From positions 4,512,001 through 4,576,000 of the forward strand of contig OY820905.2 in the NCBI GenBank assembly GCA_963555755.3: 64,000 nucleotides of DNA, in the 5' to 3' direction. A program made the translations under genes and the position numbers. Source of the DNA: Nitrospirales bacterium (GTDB lineage: Bacteria > Nitrospirota > Nitrospiria > Nitrospirales > UBA8639). Shown here piece after piece: positions 50,606 to 60,554 of this stretch; within the stretch, counting starts at the first letter, position 1; every line of letters starts with the position of its first letter. The notes below the pieces were generated by a model, which ran no database searches, was not told the DNA's origin, and saw nothing but the letters and a program-made list of their open reading frames with translations.

Positions 50606-50948
50606 ATCCCTCCGTCGTGTTGTTTCCCTAATTGACGTTGTGACTGGATGGTGTCATTACCCGGAGCCACAACATGACAAGAAAAATGTTTATTATTGAT
50701 CGTGAATGTGATCGTGAATGTGCTGGGTAAGAAAATAACATCGGGTGGGTGGCCTGTCAAATGGGGTTGGAGTGGCCCTTTGTAGTCGGTGTTAAGGCTT
50801 GGGGTGCTTGGAAAATACGAACATATTACCCAATTGACAAAGTTCGGTTATCGGAATAAGCAGAATCATTGGTATATTGGTCTTGGACACGGATTGTCCC
50901 ACTGGCCTGTTTCTGTCTTGGGAAGATGAACAATTGGAGGTGATTGCC

Positions 50949-51122
50949 ATGGACGGAATAAAAACAATTTTAATGGTGATGGTTTTGGTCCTACTTGCGT
51001 GTTCTCCAGAAATTGGGAGTAAGGCGTGGTGTGAGAGTATGAAGGATAAATCCAAAGGGGATTGGACTGCCACCGAAGTCAAGGATTTTGCCAAACACTG
51101 TTTGTTGGACCTTGGAGAATAA
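50949..51122 (+). CDS. DUF3012-like small lipoprotein
   Basis: GGAGG RBS; LLAC-SPEIGS..WC..M..K.KGDWTA.E..DFAKHC. Confidence 0.8.
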   Translation: MDGIKTILMVMVLVLLACSPEIGSKAWCESMKDKSKGDWTATEVKDFAKHCLLDLGE

Positions 51123-51423
51123 ACCAGGGCTGATTTTCGAGAAACAGGAGTCCTTCTCATCGGTGAGGAAATGCATGTTTCTTCCGCTCTTCCTTTCTTA
51201 AGGGTTGTATTGAGTGCACCAACCCGTTTTCTCCATTTTTTTACCTCCCACCTCATTTAATACACTCCTATATCTTAAGCGAGACATTCTGATCTTTGGA
51301 GACCTGTATGATTCCTTGTCCAAAATATAATTTTTCTTAGTTGTGCCTTTCGGGAACCATGGGTGGCCGTCCGCAGTGAGTGTATCTGTCCTTCTCAATT
51401 TTCGAGGAAAGGAGGGAGGCAAG

Positions 51424-51861
51424 CTAATCTAAAAAATGAAGGTTGGCTCGTCGCCGAAGGTGATACCGGTCTAAGGCACGAACCATGTGGCCTAAAATTT
51501 GATGGGAAGGTTTCCCGTCTTTTGTTTGAAGTTTTTGAAAGAGGACCCCGACCTTTCCAGTTATTGGGGAGGTGACCGACCCATGTTGAAAATGTTGAAT
51601 GACTCCTGTTGCCCAAACTATTTTTTTATCTAGTATCAGTTTCAGGTGAATTTCTCTTCCCAAGGACAAGAGGTTCGTTCTCCACTCCGGCATTTCCAAT
51701 AGGGACCCTTCCAAGCTTAAATTGTCAATGGTGACGGCCCAGTATTGTCCTCCCTCAATTTCCAAAATGCCTTCAACTAAGGGAAATGCTTTAACATCCT
51801 GCAATCGTAGGGACGCTCGACGATCAGCGTGTTGAGGGTGAGACGATTGTGATTGATTCAT
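51424..51861 (-). CDS. PilZ domain protein
   Basis: DRRASLR (RxxxR) and DNLSLEG (D/NxSxxG) motifs. Confidence 0.75.
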   Translation of the reverse strand: MNQSQSSHPQHADRRASLRLQDVKAFPLVEGILEIEGGQYWAVTIDNLSLEGSLLEMPEWRTNLLSLGREIHLKLILDKKIVWATGVIQHFQHGSVTSPITGKVGVLFQKLQTKDGKPSHQILGHMVRALDRYHLRRRANLHFLD

Positions 51862-52118
51862 GGGGCAACAGAAATTTGAATTAAGTAAACCCTAGAAGTC
51901 AAATGTCGTCAGAGATTTTTCGTTTCATGCATTATTGATGACATTGCCTGATCTGTTCTTTGTATCGGTTGGATTAGTAGATGGCCAAAGCCGAGGATGC
52001 GAGGAAGATGGAAGCTTTATCGTTACAAGGATGGATGATGAATTGAATGAAAGGGATGAGGGCTAAATCTTCCTCAACGATGACGAAATGGACGAAACAG
52101 GGCTCATCTGATAGTTCA

Positions 52119-52282
52119 ACCTAGAAACGGCAGTTGGATCACAAAAGTCCGCGCAAGCCCTTGGCGCACCTGGCAAAATACAAAAAGGTCTCATCACCAG
52201 AGAGGTGACACGACTTTTTGTATTTCACCATGCACACCAATATCTTACACGTCTTTTTTGCGCCCAACTGCCGTTTCTAGGT
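52119..52282. mobile_element. MITE family B, uninterrupted (164 bp)
   Basis: 19-bp TIRs ACCTAGAAACGGCAGTTGG / CCAACTGCCGTTTCTAGGT; TSD TCA. Confidence 0.93.
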
Positions 52283-52997
52283 TCAATGGACGATCACATG
52301 GCTGTCCCGATATTCCACCCGAGAAATAGCTAAGGGCTCTAAAAGCCTAGTTCGAATGGGCCCTGTTGAAAGTCTTTCCGGGTATTTGGTATTCACATTT
52401 CTTTTTGTTTTCCTTATTTTGTGGTTTCTTGGGTGTCCGCCTTCCGTATTCTTCCCCTCAGCCTGTCGGTGTAGGAGTCTATCGTTTGTCCGAGTTTTTT
52501 ATCATTAAATACCCGTCACCTCACTTTTTCCATCACCATCGTCCATAACTGTCAGAATGTTTTTTGAGGTTCTGCGTTTGAGGTGGCTCGCTGGGCTCTC
52601 CTGCAATCTTACCCCTTTGAATTAGGATAGTGTGGATGGGGTGTTGACGGTGGAAACCATTCTGGTCGTCTGAACATGGATCGCCAAATGAATTAACCGT
52701 TTAGCCAGATTAACCCTAACAGTTGTACCTATGTGGCCAATTTCATCTTGAGATGGTAAGGAGGAACACAGGAGGAGTGTTATGAGGGTACCGTCAATCT
52801 TTCGGAACTGCCTGCTCGCGGGTTCATTCATAGCATTGTGTGCTACGACTAGCTGGGCGGTGCCGGTAAAATTACCATTGAACCCAGTGGAAACATGGGT
52901 GGATTCGGTTATAGCGTCATTCACAGGGCGAGTCATGGATCGGGGGGCCATCCCGGTTATTACATTGGGTGGAGCCTTTTGTATGACAACATTATTG

Positions 52998-53126
52998 GGA
53001 TGGATCGACGCCCAAACAGGGGAAGTTATTTTTGCGCGAACCCTAAGGTGACCACGACTTTTTTTATTTCACCATGCACACCAATATCTTATACATCTTT
53101 TTTGCGCCCAACTGCCGTTTCTAGGT
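52998..53126. mobile_element. Right part of a B::E composite MITE
   Basis: E right end (...TTGCGCGAACCC) + TAA + B right arm, the same junction as at 49935. Confidence 0.85.
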
Positions 53127-53164
53127 TCAATATCACGAGTGGGTCCTTAGTTCAGCAGCCGAAT

Positions 53165-54606
53165 GGGAGTCAAGCCCAAAGTTAGTTGAAATTCTCCACG
53201 GCTCCGAGGTTCATATTAGGCAACCTTCTTCATCGAGGTCTTCCCAATGTTTAACTCTTGTTGCAGTGCCTCACGCAAGCGTGGCAAGTGCCGATAGCCC
53301 TTGACTCTGCGGAGCCGTGGCTCGATATCCAGCAACGCCGCGGCCAACCACCGCTGCCGCTGATTCGAGTTCGTCCAGCGATCCACCTTGGCACACCGCT
53401 CTTCCACCAAGGCATTGATGGATTCCAGACAATTCGTCGTTTTGAAGGACAGACCTACCAGAGCAAACACCCCCAGCCGATGCAACGTCAACGTGTCCTC
53501 TAGACCTTCCGCCAAACTCCGAGCCGCCGATTGGTTGCGGTCCTCCAGTTCCGTCTGCAGGTGCGTGAGTGCGGCTCTCGCTTCCGCATAGGTCGGGCGC
53601 TGATACGCCCGTTGAAGCCGGCGTCGCCACGTGGCCTGGTCGCCTTTCGGTACATGGCTGACGACATTCTCCCGTTTGTGCCACTGGCACCGCTGCCCCA
53701 GGGCTGAGTGGCCAAAGGCGTGGCGCACGGCCGCTCGCAGGCCTTTGCCCCCATCAATGCTGACCACCAACCCCTGGGAACTGGTGAGGCCGCGCTCCCC
53801 CAACTCCTGAAGAAAGGGCGTGAGGCCTTGCTCATTTTCCGTTCCCGTTTCCACAAACCCCAGGACGTGTTTCTCGCCCGTGAGCGTGATCCCGATCGCC
53901 ACGACCCTCGTCATGTCGGCAACGGTCTTGCCATCGAGAAAGATGGCGACGATGTCTCGCTCACGGCGGTCGCGTTCCTGCAGTCCCTTGAGTGGCTTGG
54001 CGCTGGCATCCGTAAAACTCCGCGACACCGTCGCGCTTGACAAGCCAATCGCCCCAGGGACTGCGGCCGCCGCCGCCTCATAGTTCCGGCAGGAAATCCC
54101 ATACAGCACGCGTTTGAGCCGGACCTCATCCAGCTTACCTGTCCCACGGAGGTGGGTCAGGCGCTGTAAGGCCATTTCGCCACCCCCCACGTACTGAACG
54201 CGAGGAATCGGCAACGGATGCCGTTGCCCCGCCAGCCGGACACTCCCGGGATTACTCCCATGCCGGCGGCCAGGCAGCCGAGCCCCCTTCCGTTCATCCC
54301 GGGCCCCGGCCACCGCACACACTTCGTCCTCTAAGAGCTCCTGAATCCGCATCAGACCCAAGGGGATGAGGGCCTGAATACATTCCACCTTGCTGTTCAC
54401 ATCGAAGGCCTCATACTGCTCGGGCCGAATCACCCGCACGGCCCCCAAGCGGCGCGTCTTCTTGCTTCTCGTTGTCGTTTTCGCAATACTGCGCATGAAG
54501 TGGCTCCTTTTTTTCTGTTGCTGAGATGTCGATTCTTCGTCGAACGCCATCTCACCACAGGTGGGGGAGCCGCTTCAAATTTCAACTAACATTAGCACAC
54601 ACTCCC
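53165..54606 (-). mobile_element. IS256-family insertion sequence (1442 bp)
   Basis: 28-bp imperfect TIRs GGGAGTCAAGCCCAAAGTTAGTTGAAAT / ATTTCAACTAACATTAGCACACACTCCC, flanked by GAAT. Confidence 0.88.
53216..54550 (-). CDS. IS256 (Mutator-like) transposase
   Basis: IFLDG; G.K.VLG; IDGGKGL; QRCQWHKRENV; TTNCLES. Confidence 0.88.
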   Translation of the reverse strand: MAFDEESTSQQQKKRSHFMRSIAKTTTRSKKTRRLGAVRVIRPEQYEAFDVNSKVECIQALIPLGLMRIQELLEDEVCAVAGARDERKGARLPGRRHGSNPGSVRLAGQRHPLPIPRVQYVGGGEMALQRLTHLRGTGKLDEVRLKRVLYGISCRNYEAAAAAVPGAIGLSSATVSRSFTDASAKPLKGLQERDRRERDIVAIFLDGKTVADMTRVVAIGITLTGEKHVLGFVETGTENEQGLTPFLQELGERGLTSSQGLVVSIDGGKGLRAAVRHAFGHSALGQRCQWHKRENVVSHVPKGDQATWRRRLQRAYQRPTYAEARAALTHLQTELEDRNQSAARSLAEGLEDTLTLHRLGVFALVGLSFKTTNCLESINALVEERCAKVDRWTNSNQRQRWLAAALLDIEPRLRRVKGYRHLPRLREALQQELNIGKTSMKKVA

Positions 54607-55074
54607 GAATGGGTTTGTTGATGGTGAGGTCAATTATATCCTGACGAGTGGACCTTCCGCCGGTTCTGGGACGTTTTATTTTGATGCGATTAATTTTATG
54701 AATAACAGCACTGGGCCCAACCGTCTTTCTGAAACGTCGTTGATGATCTGGGCCAACAATTGGGATACAGAGGGTTCTGAATCGGGACCCTCTTATGGTG
54801 CTTTGGGGGTTAATCTGAAAGGGAGTCTGCAAGCAATACCCGAATCCAGTACAGTGCTTTTGATCGGCACTGGCCTTGCCGGATTGATTGGGTAACGGTA
54901 CCGGAAATCTTAGGGATAACCATCTCGCTGGGTCTCATGCGCACAAACAGTTCGAGCCTCATTCCTCAGGCAGTGGAGTTCGATTTTTTTTTGCGTAGAC
55001 GAAAGGCAGGAGATGAGGGACAATGCATGGAGAGTATGTGAAATGCGTACAAAAAAAGCATTGGGGACATTGGC

Positions 55075-56475
55075 ATGAGTGAGGACCGGGTGTTTGATCT
55101 GTTGTGTATTGGCAGTGGCCCTGCGGGTCAACGTGCTGCCGTTCAAGCCGCGAAAGTGGGGAAACGCGTAGTGGTGGTGGAAAAACGTCGTTGGGTGGGT
55201 GGGTTGTGTCTGGATACGGGCACGATTCCCAGTAAGACGTTTCGGGAAGCGGTGCTAGCGTTTGGAAAACAAGCAGAACAGTTTCGAAGCCATCATGGTT
55301 TTTCCAGTAGCGAACGGTTGACCGCCACTGGGCTTTTTTCGAGAGTCAATGCGGTGGTGGAACGCGAAGCCGATGTGATCGATCGTCAACTTCAACGTAA
55401 CGACATCGAGGTGTTACGAGGAGAAGGCGCCTTTCTCGATCCGCATACCCTCAAGATCTCCACCGAGACCGAAACGCTTCATGTTCGAGCTGACCGTATT
55501 CTCATTGCTGTAGGCACGGTCCCGGCCCCCACTCCTGGAGTGCCCTGTGATGGGGAGGTCATTATCAACAGTGACGCGGTAACGAAATTACGACGATTGC
55601 CAAAATCCATGGTCGTGGTTGGTGCGGGGGTCATTGGGATTGAATATGCATCGATGTTTGGGGCGCTCGGTATCGAAGTGACCTTGGTGGATCGACGAGA
55701 TCGGCCTTTGGAGTTTCTCGATTCCGAAATCGTGGATGAACTCATTCATCAAATGCGCAATAACAATGTGGTATTTCGTTCGGGAGAAACGGTTGAACGA
55801 TTGGATTTGACGGAAGGGACACCCACGCGGGCCGTCATTCATCTTGAATCGGGGAAGCGGCTGGTGTCGGACCTTGTGCTCTTTTCGATTGGTCGTATGG
55901 GAGCAACAGATTCCCTGAATGTCGGGGCTGCCGGGTTAGAGGTGGATGCCCGTGGCCGTCTGAAAGTCGATGAATACTTTCGGACAAATGTTCCTCATAT
56001 CTTTGCGGCTGGTGACGTGATTGGCTACCCCAGCCTTGCGGCCACTTCATTGGAGCAAGGTCGATTGGCGGCCTGCTATGCCTTTGATATTCCGGTCCAA
56101 CCGATGGTGTCCTATTTTCCGATCGGGATTTATGCCATCCCTGAGATTTCCATGGTTGGGGAGACGGAGCAAGCGCTCACCAAAAAGAAGGTTCCCTACG
56201 AAATTGGGTTGGCGCGGTACCGGGAAATTGCCAGAAGTCAGATCGTGGGGGATAATACGGGTTTATTGAAGTTGCTCTTTCATCGACACACTCGGCAGCT
56301 TCTGGGCGTGCATGTGATTGGGTCGAGCGCGACAGAATTGGTTCATGTGGGGCAGGCCGTCCTTGGTCTGGGGGGCGGATTGGACTACTTTTTAACGACG
56401 GTGTTTAATTATCCCACCATGGCGGAGTGTTATAAAGTCGCCGCTCTTGACGCATGGAATAAACTGTCACAATGA
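55075..56475 (+). CDS. sthA: Soluble (Si-specific) pyridine nucleotide transhydrogenase
   Basis: IGSGPAGQRAA; GTIPSKTFRE with no CxxxxC; GAGVIG.EYA; GYPSLA; FNYPTMAECYKVAALD. Confidence 0.92.
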   Translation: MSEDRVFDLLCIGSGPAGQRAAVQAAKVGKRVVVVEKRRWVGGLCLDTGTIPSKTFREAVLAFGKQAEQFRSHHGFSSSERLTATGLFSRVNAVVEREADVIDRQLQRNDIEVLRGEGAFLDPHTLKISTETETLHVRADRILIAVGTVPAPTPGVPCDGEVIINSDAVTKLRRLPKSMVVVGAGVIGIEYASMFGALGIEVTLVDRRDRPLEFLDSEIVDELIHQMRNNNVVFRSGETVERLDLTEGTPTRAVIHLESGKRLVSDLVLFSIGRMGATDSLNVGAAGLEVDARGRLKVDEYFRTNVPHIFAAGDVIGYPSLAATSLEQGRLAACYAFDIPVQPMVSYFPIGIYAIPEISMVGETEQALTKKKVPYEIGLARYREIARSQIVGDNTGLLKLLFHRHTRQLLGVHVIGSSATELVHVGQAVLGLGGGLDYFLTTVFNYPTMAECYKVAALDAWNKLSQ

Positions 56476-56734
56476 TGTGAGTGAGTTGGGTCTATTCGTT
56501 AACATTTTTTTGTTATTTCTCTCAGTTTGATACACCCAGGTGCCGAGAAGAGGACTAACCGTTGTATTGATTTCCCGCTGGATAGGAGTCGATACGTTAA
56601 ATATCTCTAAGCCCGCTCATTTCTGCGAACCCTTTTTTCCTAGGATTCGGTGAGGGTGAAAGAGAAGGCATCTAGTTGTCGACAGTGAACTGAGTGGGGA
56701 GAAGTTGAGACTCATGTCATCAAAAGGAGGAGTT

Positions 56735-56962
56735 ATGGATACTGAAACACGCTGTGTTTTTGTGGCTGGCTTGACCTTTTTTTCCGGATTAATCTTTGGC
56801 TTGGGAATGGGCGTCTTGCTCGCTCCTCAGTCGGGGAGTCGGACTCGCCGGCATCTTCGGACTATGGTGGAAGACATAGGTGAGCGGGCCGGTGAATGGG
56901 TAGAAGATGCCAAGGATACTATGAACGGCATGGTTGATCGTGGGAGAACGATTGCTGGATAG
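56735..56962 (+). CDS. YtxH-domain protein
   Basis: TM helix followed by LLAPQSG..TR..L; AGGAG RBS. Confidence 0.8.
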   Translation: MDTETRCVFVAGLTFFSGLIFGLGMGVLLAPQSGSRTRRHLRTMVEDIGERAGEWVEDAKDTMNGMVDRGRTIAG

Positions 56963-57220
56963 CACGTATAAAATATTTGTGACTACTCAGGCGGATAGAC
57001 TGAAGGCTTTTAGGGGCAATCATGCGTGATCTTTCAACACTTCTGGCATTTTGACCGTTAGCCTTCAGCCTACCGCCTAAATACCTGACCAGTTGCAAAT
57101 ATTTGAGAGCTGGAGGTCGAGTGTGGTTGTAAAGACAAAGCACGACTTGGCCAATGGGAACGGATTTGATTGCTGATGAGAAAGAATAGATGTTTAATGT
57201 TTCTTAAGATGGCGTTCTAG

Positions 57221-57625
57221 ATGAAAATGTGGGTGGGAGTTGTCATTTTTGTGCTGGGTGTGGGCGCTGGATTGAGCGGAGTGCAATTTATTCCGGCCTC
57301 CGTGTCACTGTATTTGCCTGCTGTGCTTCAAGCTCAGAACGAAATTGTGAAGGGGATCGTTGTTCGAAAGCACCAGGAGTCTGAACGGTTGCTCCTAACG
57401 GTGTCTACTCCTCGGGGAGCCTTGTTAGCCACGTTTACCCAGCAAATCCCAGAAATTGATTTATTGGTTGAGGAAGGGGATGAGGTGACGTTGGGACTGA
57501 CACAGTATGCTCCGTTTGTTCATGATCCCACGATCAAAGGTGTGATGAAGCCCGATCATCTCCCAGCCCAACCAACAGCCGACCCGGAACCCGACAACGG
57601 GAATCTACCAATCTTGGAATCGTAA
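57221..57625 (+). CDS. Hypothetical protein with N-terminal membrane anchor
   Basis: 134-codon ORF with a hydrophobic N-terminus. Confidence 0.65.
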   Translation: MKMWVGVVIFVLGVGAGLSGVQFIPASVSLYLPAVLQAQNEIVKGIVVRKHQESERLLLTVSTPRGALLATFTQQIPEIDLLVEEGDEVTLGLTQYAPFVHDPTIKGVMKPDHLPAQPTADPEPDNGNLPILES

Positions 57626-57640
57626 TCCGAACCCGTCTTA

Positions 57641-58281
57641 GGACCTGAGAGAAAAGAACTTGGCCATCTCGCATCCAATCTTCGGGCCATCATTGAACCT
57701 AGAAGCAGCAGTTGGATCACAAAAGTCCGCGCAAGCTCTTGGCGCACCTAGGAGCCTGTCCAAGATTAGACAGATCTACTGCGGGTGCGCTGGGTTTGGC
57801 CAGATCTTTCGATCCTTTTCGGGGAATGTTGAAAAAGGCCCCCAGCTGCGTTCTCGGGCTTTTGGCGTGCTCACGTACTCCGTGTACGCTCCGCGCGCCA
57901 AAACCCCTGCGGCCTTGCTGGATGGCCTTTTTGAACATTTCCCGTTTTCGTTAAATAGTCACCACTATTCGCCTCACACGATCGAAACATCTGACTCAAC
58001 CCAGCACCCCCTCGTCACGATCGCTAATCTCGGACAGGCTCCTCGCAAAATACAAAAATGTCTCATCACCACCGAGATGACCACGACTTTTTGTATTGCA
58101 CCATGCACACCAATATCTTACACGTCTTTTTTGCGCCCAACTGCCGTTTCTAGGTTGAACGGGCCTCAATCGAAACACCCTCACCATCGCTGTGCTATGC
58201 CTCGGGTTTTCCTCAATCGTTCCGTCCCAATCCGACCTAAATCTTGGCGCGATATTGTCCAAGTTATTTTCTCTCAGGTCC
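57641..58281. mobile_element. Four-layer nested MITE: A[57641-58281] > B[57697-58155] > C[57751-58042] > D[57820-57944]
   Basis: Each layer has its own TIR pair. Duplications are TTA (A), TGA (B), TA/TC (C, one mismatch) and TTTT (D). Removing each layer restores the family sequence seen elsewhere in the window. Confidence 0.93.
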
Positions 58282-58294
58282 TTATCTGATCCTC

Positions 58295-60505
58295 ATGTCG
58301 CTGAACCTCAAACATGAAAAAACCCTTCAGGCCCTCGCGCGTGCGCATGGTATCGAGTTGAGGTATCGTGATGGGACGGGCATGGTTCGAAGGGTTTCGA
58401 CTTCGACCGTTCATGCTCTATTGCATGCGATGGGAGTGAACGTGGCAACGTACGAGGAGGTGCATCAATCTTTGAAGGCCGTTCGCCTTCAACCTTGGAC
58501 GAGGGTGCTCGACGAGGTGTTTGTGGTCTGGCAAGGGAACACTTCCTCACTGTGGCAATTAACGATTCCCACGGCTGCCACTTTGCTTCCTCAACTGGCA
58601 GTGACTTGGCAGTTGGAAAATGAGCGAGGGCATCAGGTCGGCGATCAGGGTTCCGGAGAACGCCTTTCGCTGATTGCCTCACGAACGATTAATGGAAGGG
58701 CGTGCTGTCGGTTGGGCGTGCCGTTTCCCGAAAACCTGCCTCTTGGCTATTATCGTTTAACGGTCACGGCATCGTGGCCCTCTCAGACCGTCTGTGGAGA
58801 GGCGTTGGTCATTGTCGCACCCAAGCAGTGTTACCTGCCGGACCAGCCCAATCGGTCTTGGGGGGTGACGGTTCAATTGTATGGGTTATCGAGCGCTCGA
58901 AACTGGGGTATTGGAGATTTTAAAGATCTTTCGATGTTGGCCACGTGGGCAGGTAGCCACCTTGGTGCTTCGACGATTGGCATCAATCCACTCCATGCCC
59001 TGTCAGCCAAATCGATCAGCCCGTATTCTCCGTCGAGCCGGTTATTCTTTAACCCGCTGTATCTGGATGTTGAGGCGATTCCCGAATTTCAGAACGCCCT
59101 CGCTTTACAAGAGCAGGTCAAAAGCGAGGCCTTTCAAGATCGCTTGAAAGTGCTGAGGGACCGCCGAACGGTGGATTATGATGAAGTCCGCGCGGTGAAA
59201 TTTCCTCTCTTGGAATCCTTGTATGCGGTGTTTTGCCAACACCATGTGGCCACGGGATCCGAACGGGCGCACGCGTTTGATCAATATGTTCAACAGCAAG
59301 GTACAGTGTTGCGCCGGTTCGCCGTATTTCATGTTTTACAGGAACGGTATCGCCATGCGTCGTGGTGGCAATGGCCCGTCGAATATCAGGATTCAACGTC
59401 GGTTGCTGTTGAGGATTTTGCCAACCAGCATCTGGATCGGCTGCGGTTTTATCAATATTTGCAATGGCAGTGCGAGGATCAACTCGGTGAGTTAAACTCA
59501 ACCGCAAAACAGGCGGGATTGTCTTTAGGGTTGTATCACGACCTGGCAGTTGGAATCGTTGCCGATGGGGCTGATGCCTGGATTTTTCAAGATCAGCTTG
59601 CGCGTGGGGTCTCGATTGGGGCCCCTCCGGATCTGTTTAATTTGTCGGGTCAAAATTGGAACTTACAACCACCGATCCCGACTCGACTCCGATCGCAGGC
59701 GTATCATTTTCTCAGGGAAACTTTTCGTCACAACATGCAGTATGGTGGCATGTTACGAATTGATCATGCGCTGAGTCTCTTTCGGTTATATTGGATTCCC
59801 GAGGGCAAGTCGGCTAGTGAGGGCGCCTATGTTCGGTATCCGACTGACGAGTTGTTGGCGGTTCTTGCCTTGGAAAGCGTCCGGCATCAGGTGATGGTCG
59901 TTGGAGAAGATTTAGGAACTGTGACCCCTGGGATTCGACGAAAATTCGCTCAGGCAGGCTTATTGTCCTATCGTTTATTAATGTTTGAAAAACATTCTGG
60001 CAGAGGATATCGAACCCCAAAAACGTTTCCGGAACAAGCGTTAGCTTCGGTCAATACGCATGACCTTCCCACCCTACGCGGATTTTGGGTTGGGCGAGAT
60101 ATTGAGACGAAGGAGCAAATTGGGTTATACCCTTCTGCATCGCATATGGACCAGGATCGAGTCACTCGCACCCAGGATCGGCAAGCCTTACTGCGGGCTT
60201 TGGGGAGGGAACGGCTGTTGCCAACGGGTACGCCATCTCAAGCGGAAGAATTGCCTCAATGGTCGGATGAATTGTGCCGGGCGATCTATGCGTATGTAGC
60301 CCGGACCCCTTGCCGGGTGATGGCGACCTCTCTTGAGGATTTATTGGGAGAGGTGGATACGCCCAATGTGCCCGGTGCGCCGGAGGGTGCGTATCCTGTG
60401 TGGCAACGAAAGTTGAGCCGACCATTTGAAGAATGGCAACACGATCCGGATCTTCTCGATTTTGCAGCCGCCGTGCATCGCGAGCGTGCGGCTTCTTCGG
60501 TGTAA
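58295..60505 (+). CDS. malQ: 4-alpha-glucanotransferase (GH77)
   Basis: WGIGDF; SPYSPSSR; YHDLAVG; GAPPD; GQNW; RIDH; GEDLG; THDLPT; N.PG. Confidence 0.95.
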   Translation: MSLNLKHEKTLQALARAHGIELRYRDGTGMVRRVSTSTVHALLHAMGVNVATYEEVHQSLKAVRLQPWTRVLDEVFVVWQGNTSSLWQLTIPTAATLLPQLAVTWQLENERGHQVGDQGSGERLSLIASRTINGRACCRLGVPFPENLPLGYYRLTVTASWPSQTVCGEALVIVAPKQCYLPDQPNRSWGVTVQLYGLSSARNWGIGDFKDLSMLATWAGSHLGASTIGINPLHALSAKSISPYSPSSRLFFNPLYLDVEAIPEFQNALALQEQVKSEAFQDRLKVLRDRRTVDYDEVRAVKFPLLESLYAVFCQHHVATGSERAHAFDQYVQQQGTVLRRFAVFHVLQERYRHASWWQWPVEYQDSTSVAVEDFANQHLDRLRFYQYLQWQCEDQLGELNSTAKQAGLSLGLYHDLAVGIVADGADAWIFQDQLARGVSIGAPPDLFNLSGQNWNLQPPIPTRLRSQAYHFLRETFRHNMQYGGMLRIDHALSLFRLYWIPEGKSASEGAYVRYPTDELLAVLALESVRHQVMVVGEDLGTVTPGIRRKFAQAGLLSYRLLMFEKHSGRGYRTPKTFPEQALASVNTHDLPTLRGFWVGRDIETKEQIGLYPSASHMDQDRVTRTQDRQALLRALGRERLLPTGTPSQAEELPQWSDELCRAIYAYVARTPCRVMATSLEDLLGEVDTPNVPGAPEGAYPVWQRKLSRPFEEWQHDPDLLDFAAAVHRERAASSV

Positions 60506-60554
60506 TTATCTATCCCATCGACGACTTCCACCCTGACAAAGAAGGTCATTCCTC

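Larger units (their letters stand above)
52782..54913 (+). pseudogene. PEP-CTERM-type surface protein, disrupted by a MITE remnant and an IS256 element
   Basis: Signal peptide ending SWA-VP. Removing the IS rejoins ...ITSGSLVQQPN|GFVDGEV.... C-terminus AIPESSTVLLIGTGLAGLIG*RYRKS has a premature stop. Confidence 0.75.

Noticed and set aside
57660..58289. 209-aa ORF, and similar ORFs at 1405-1800, 1517-1882, 9635-9871, 49444-49938 and 63413-63979, as real genes
   Set aside because: They are made largely of MITE sequence with no recognisable protein family. Kept only as a property of the elements.
58244..58294. Extended N-termini of malQ (58244), waaA (20482) and waaF (23127)
   Set aside because: The upstream starts lie within repeat elements; downstream starts fit the families better.
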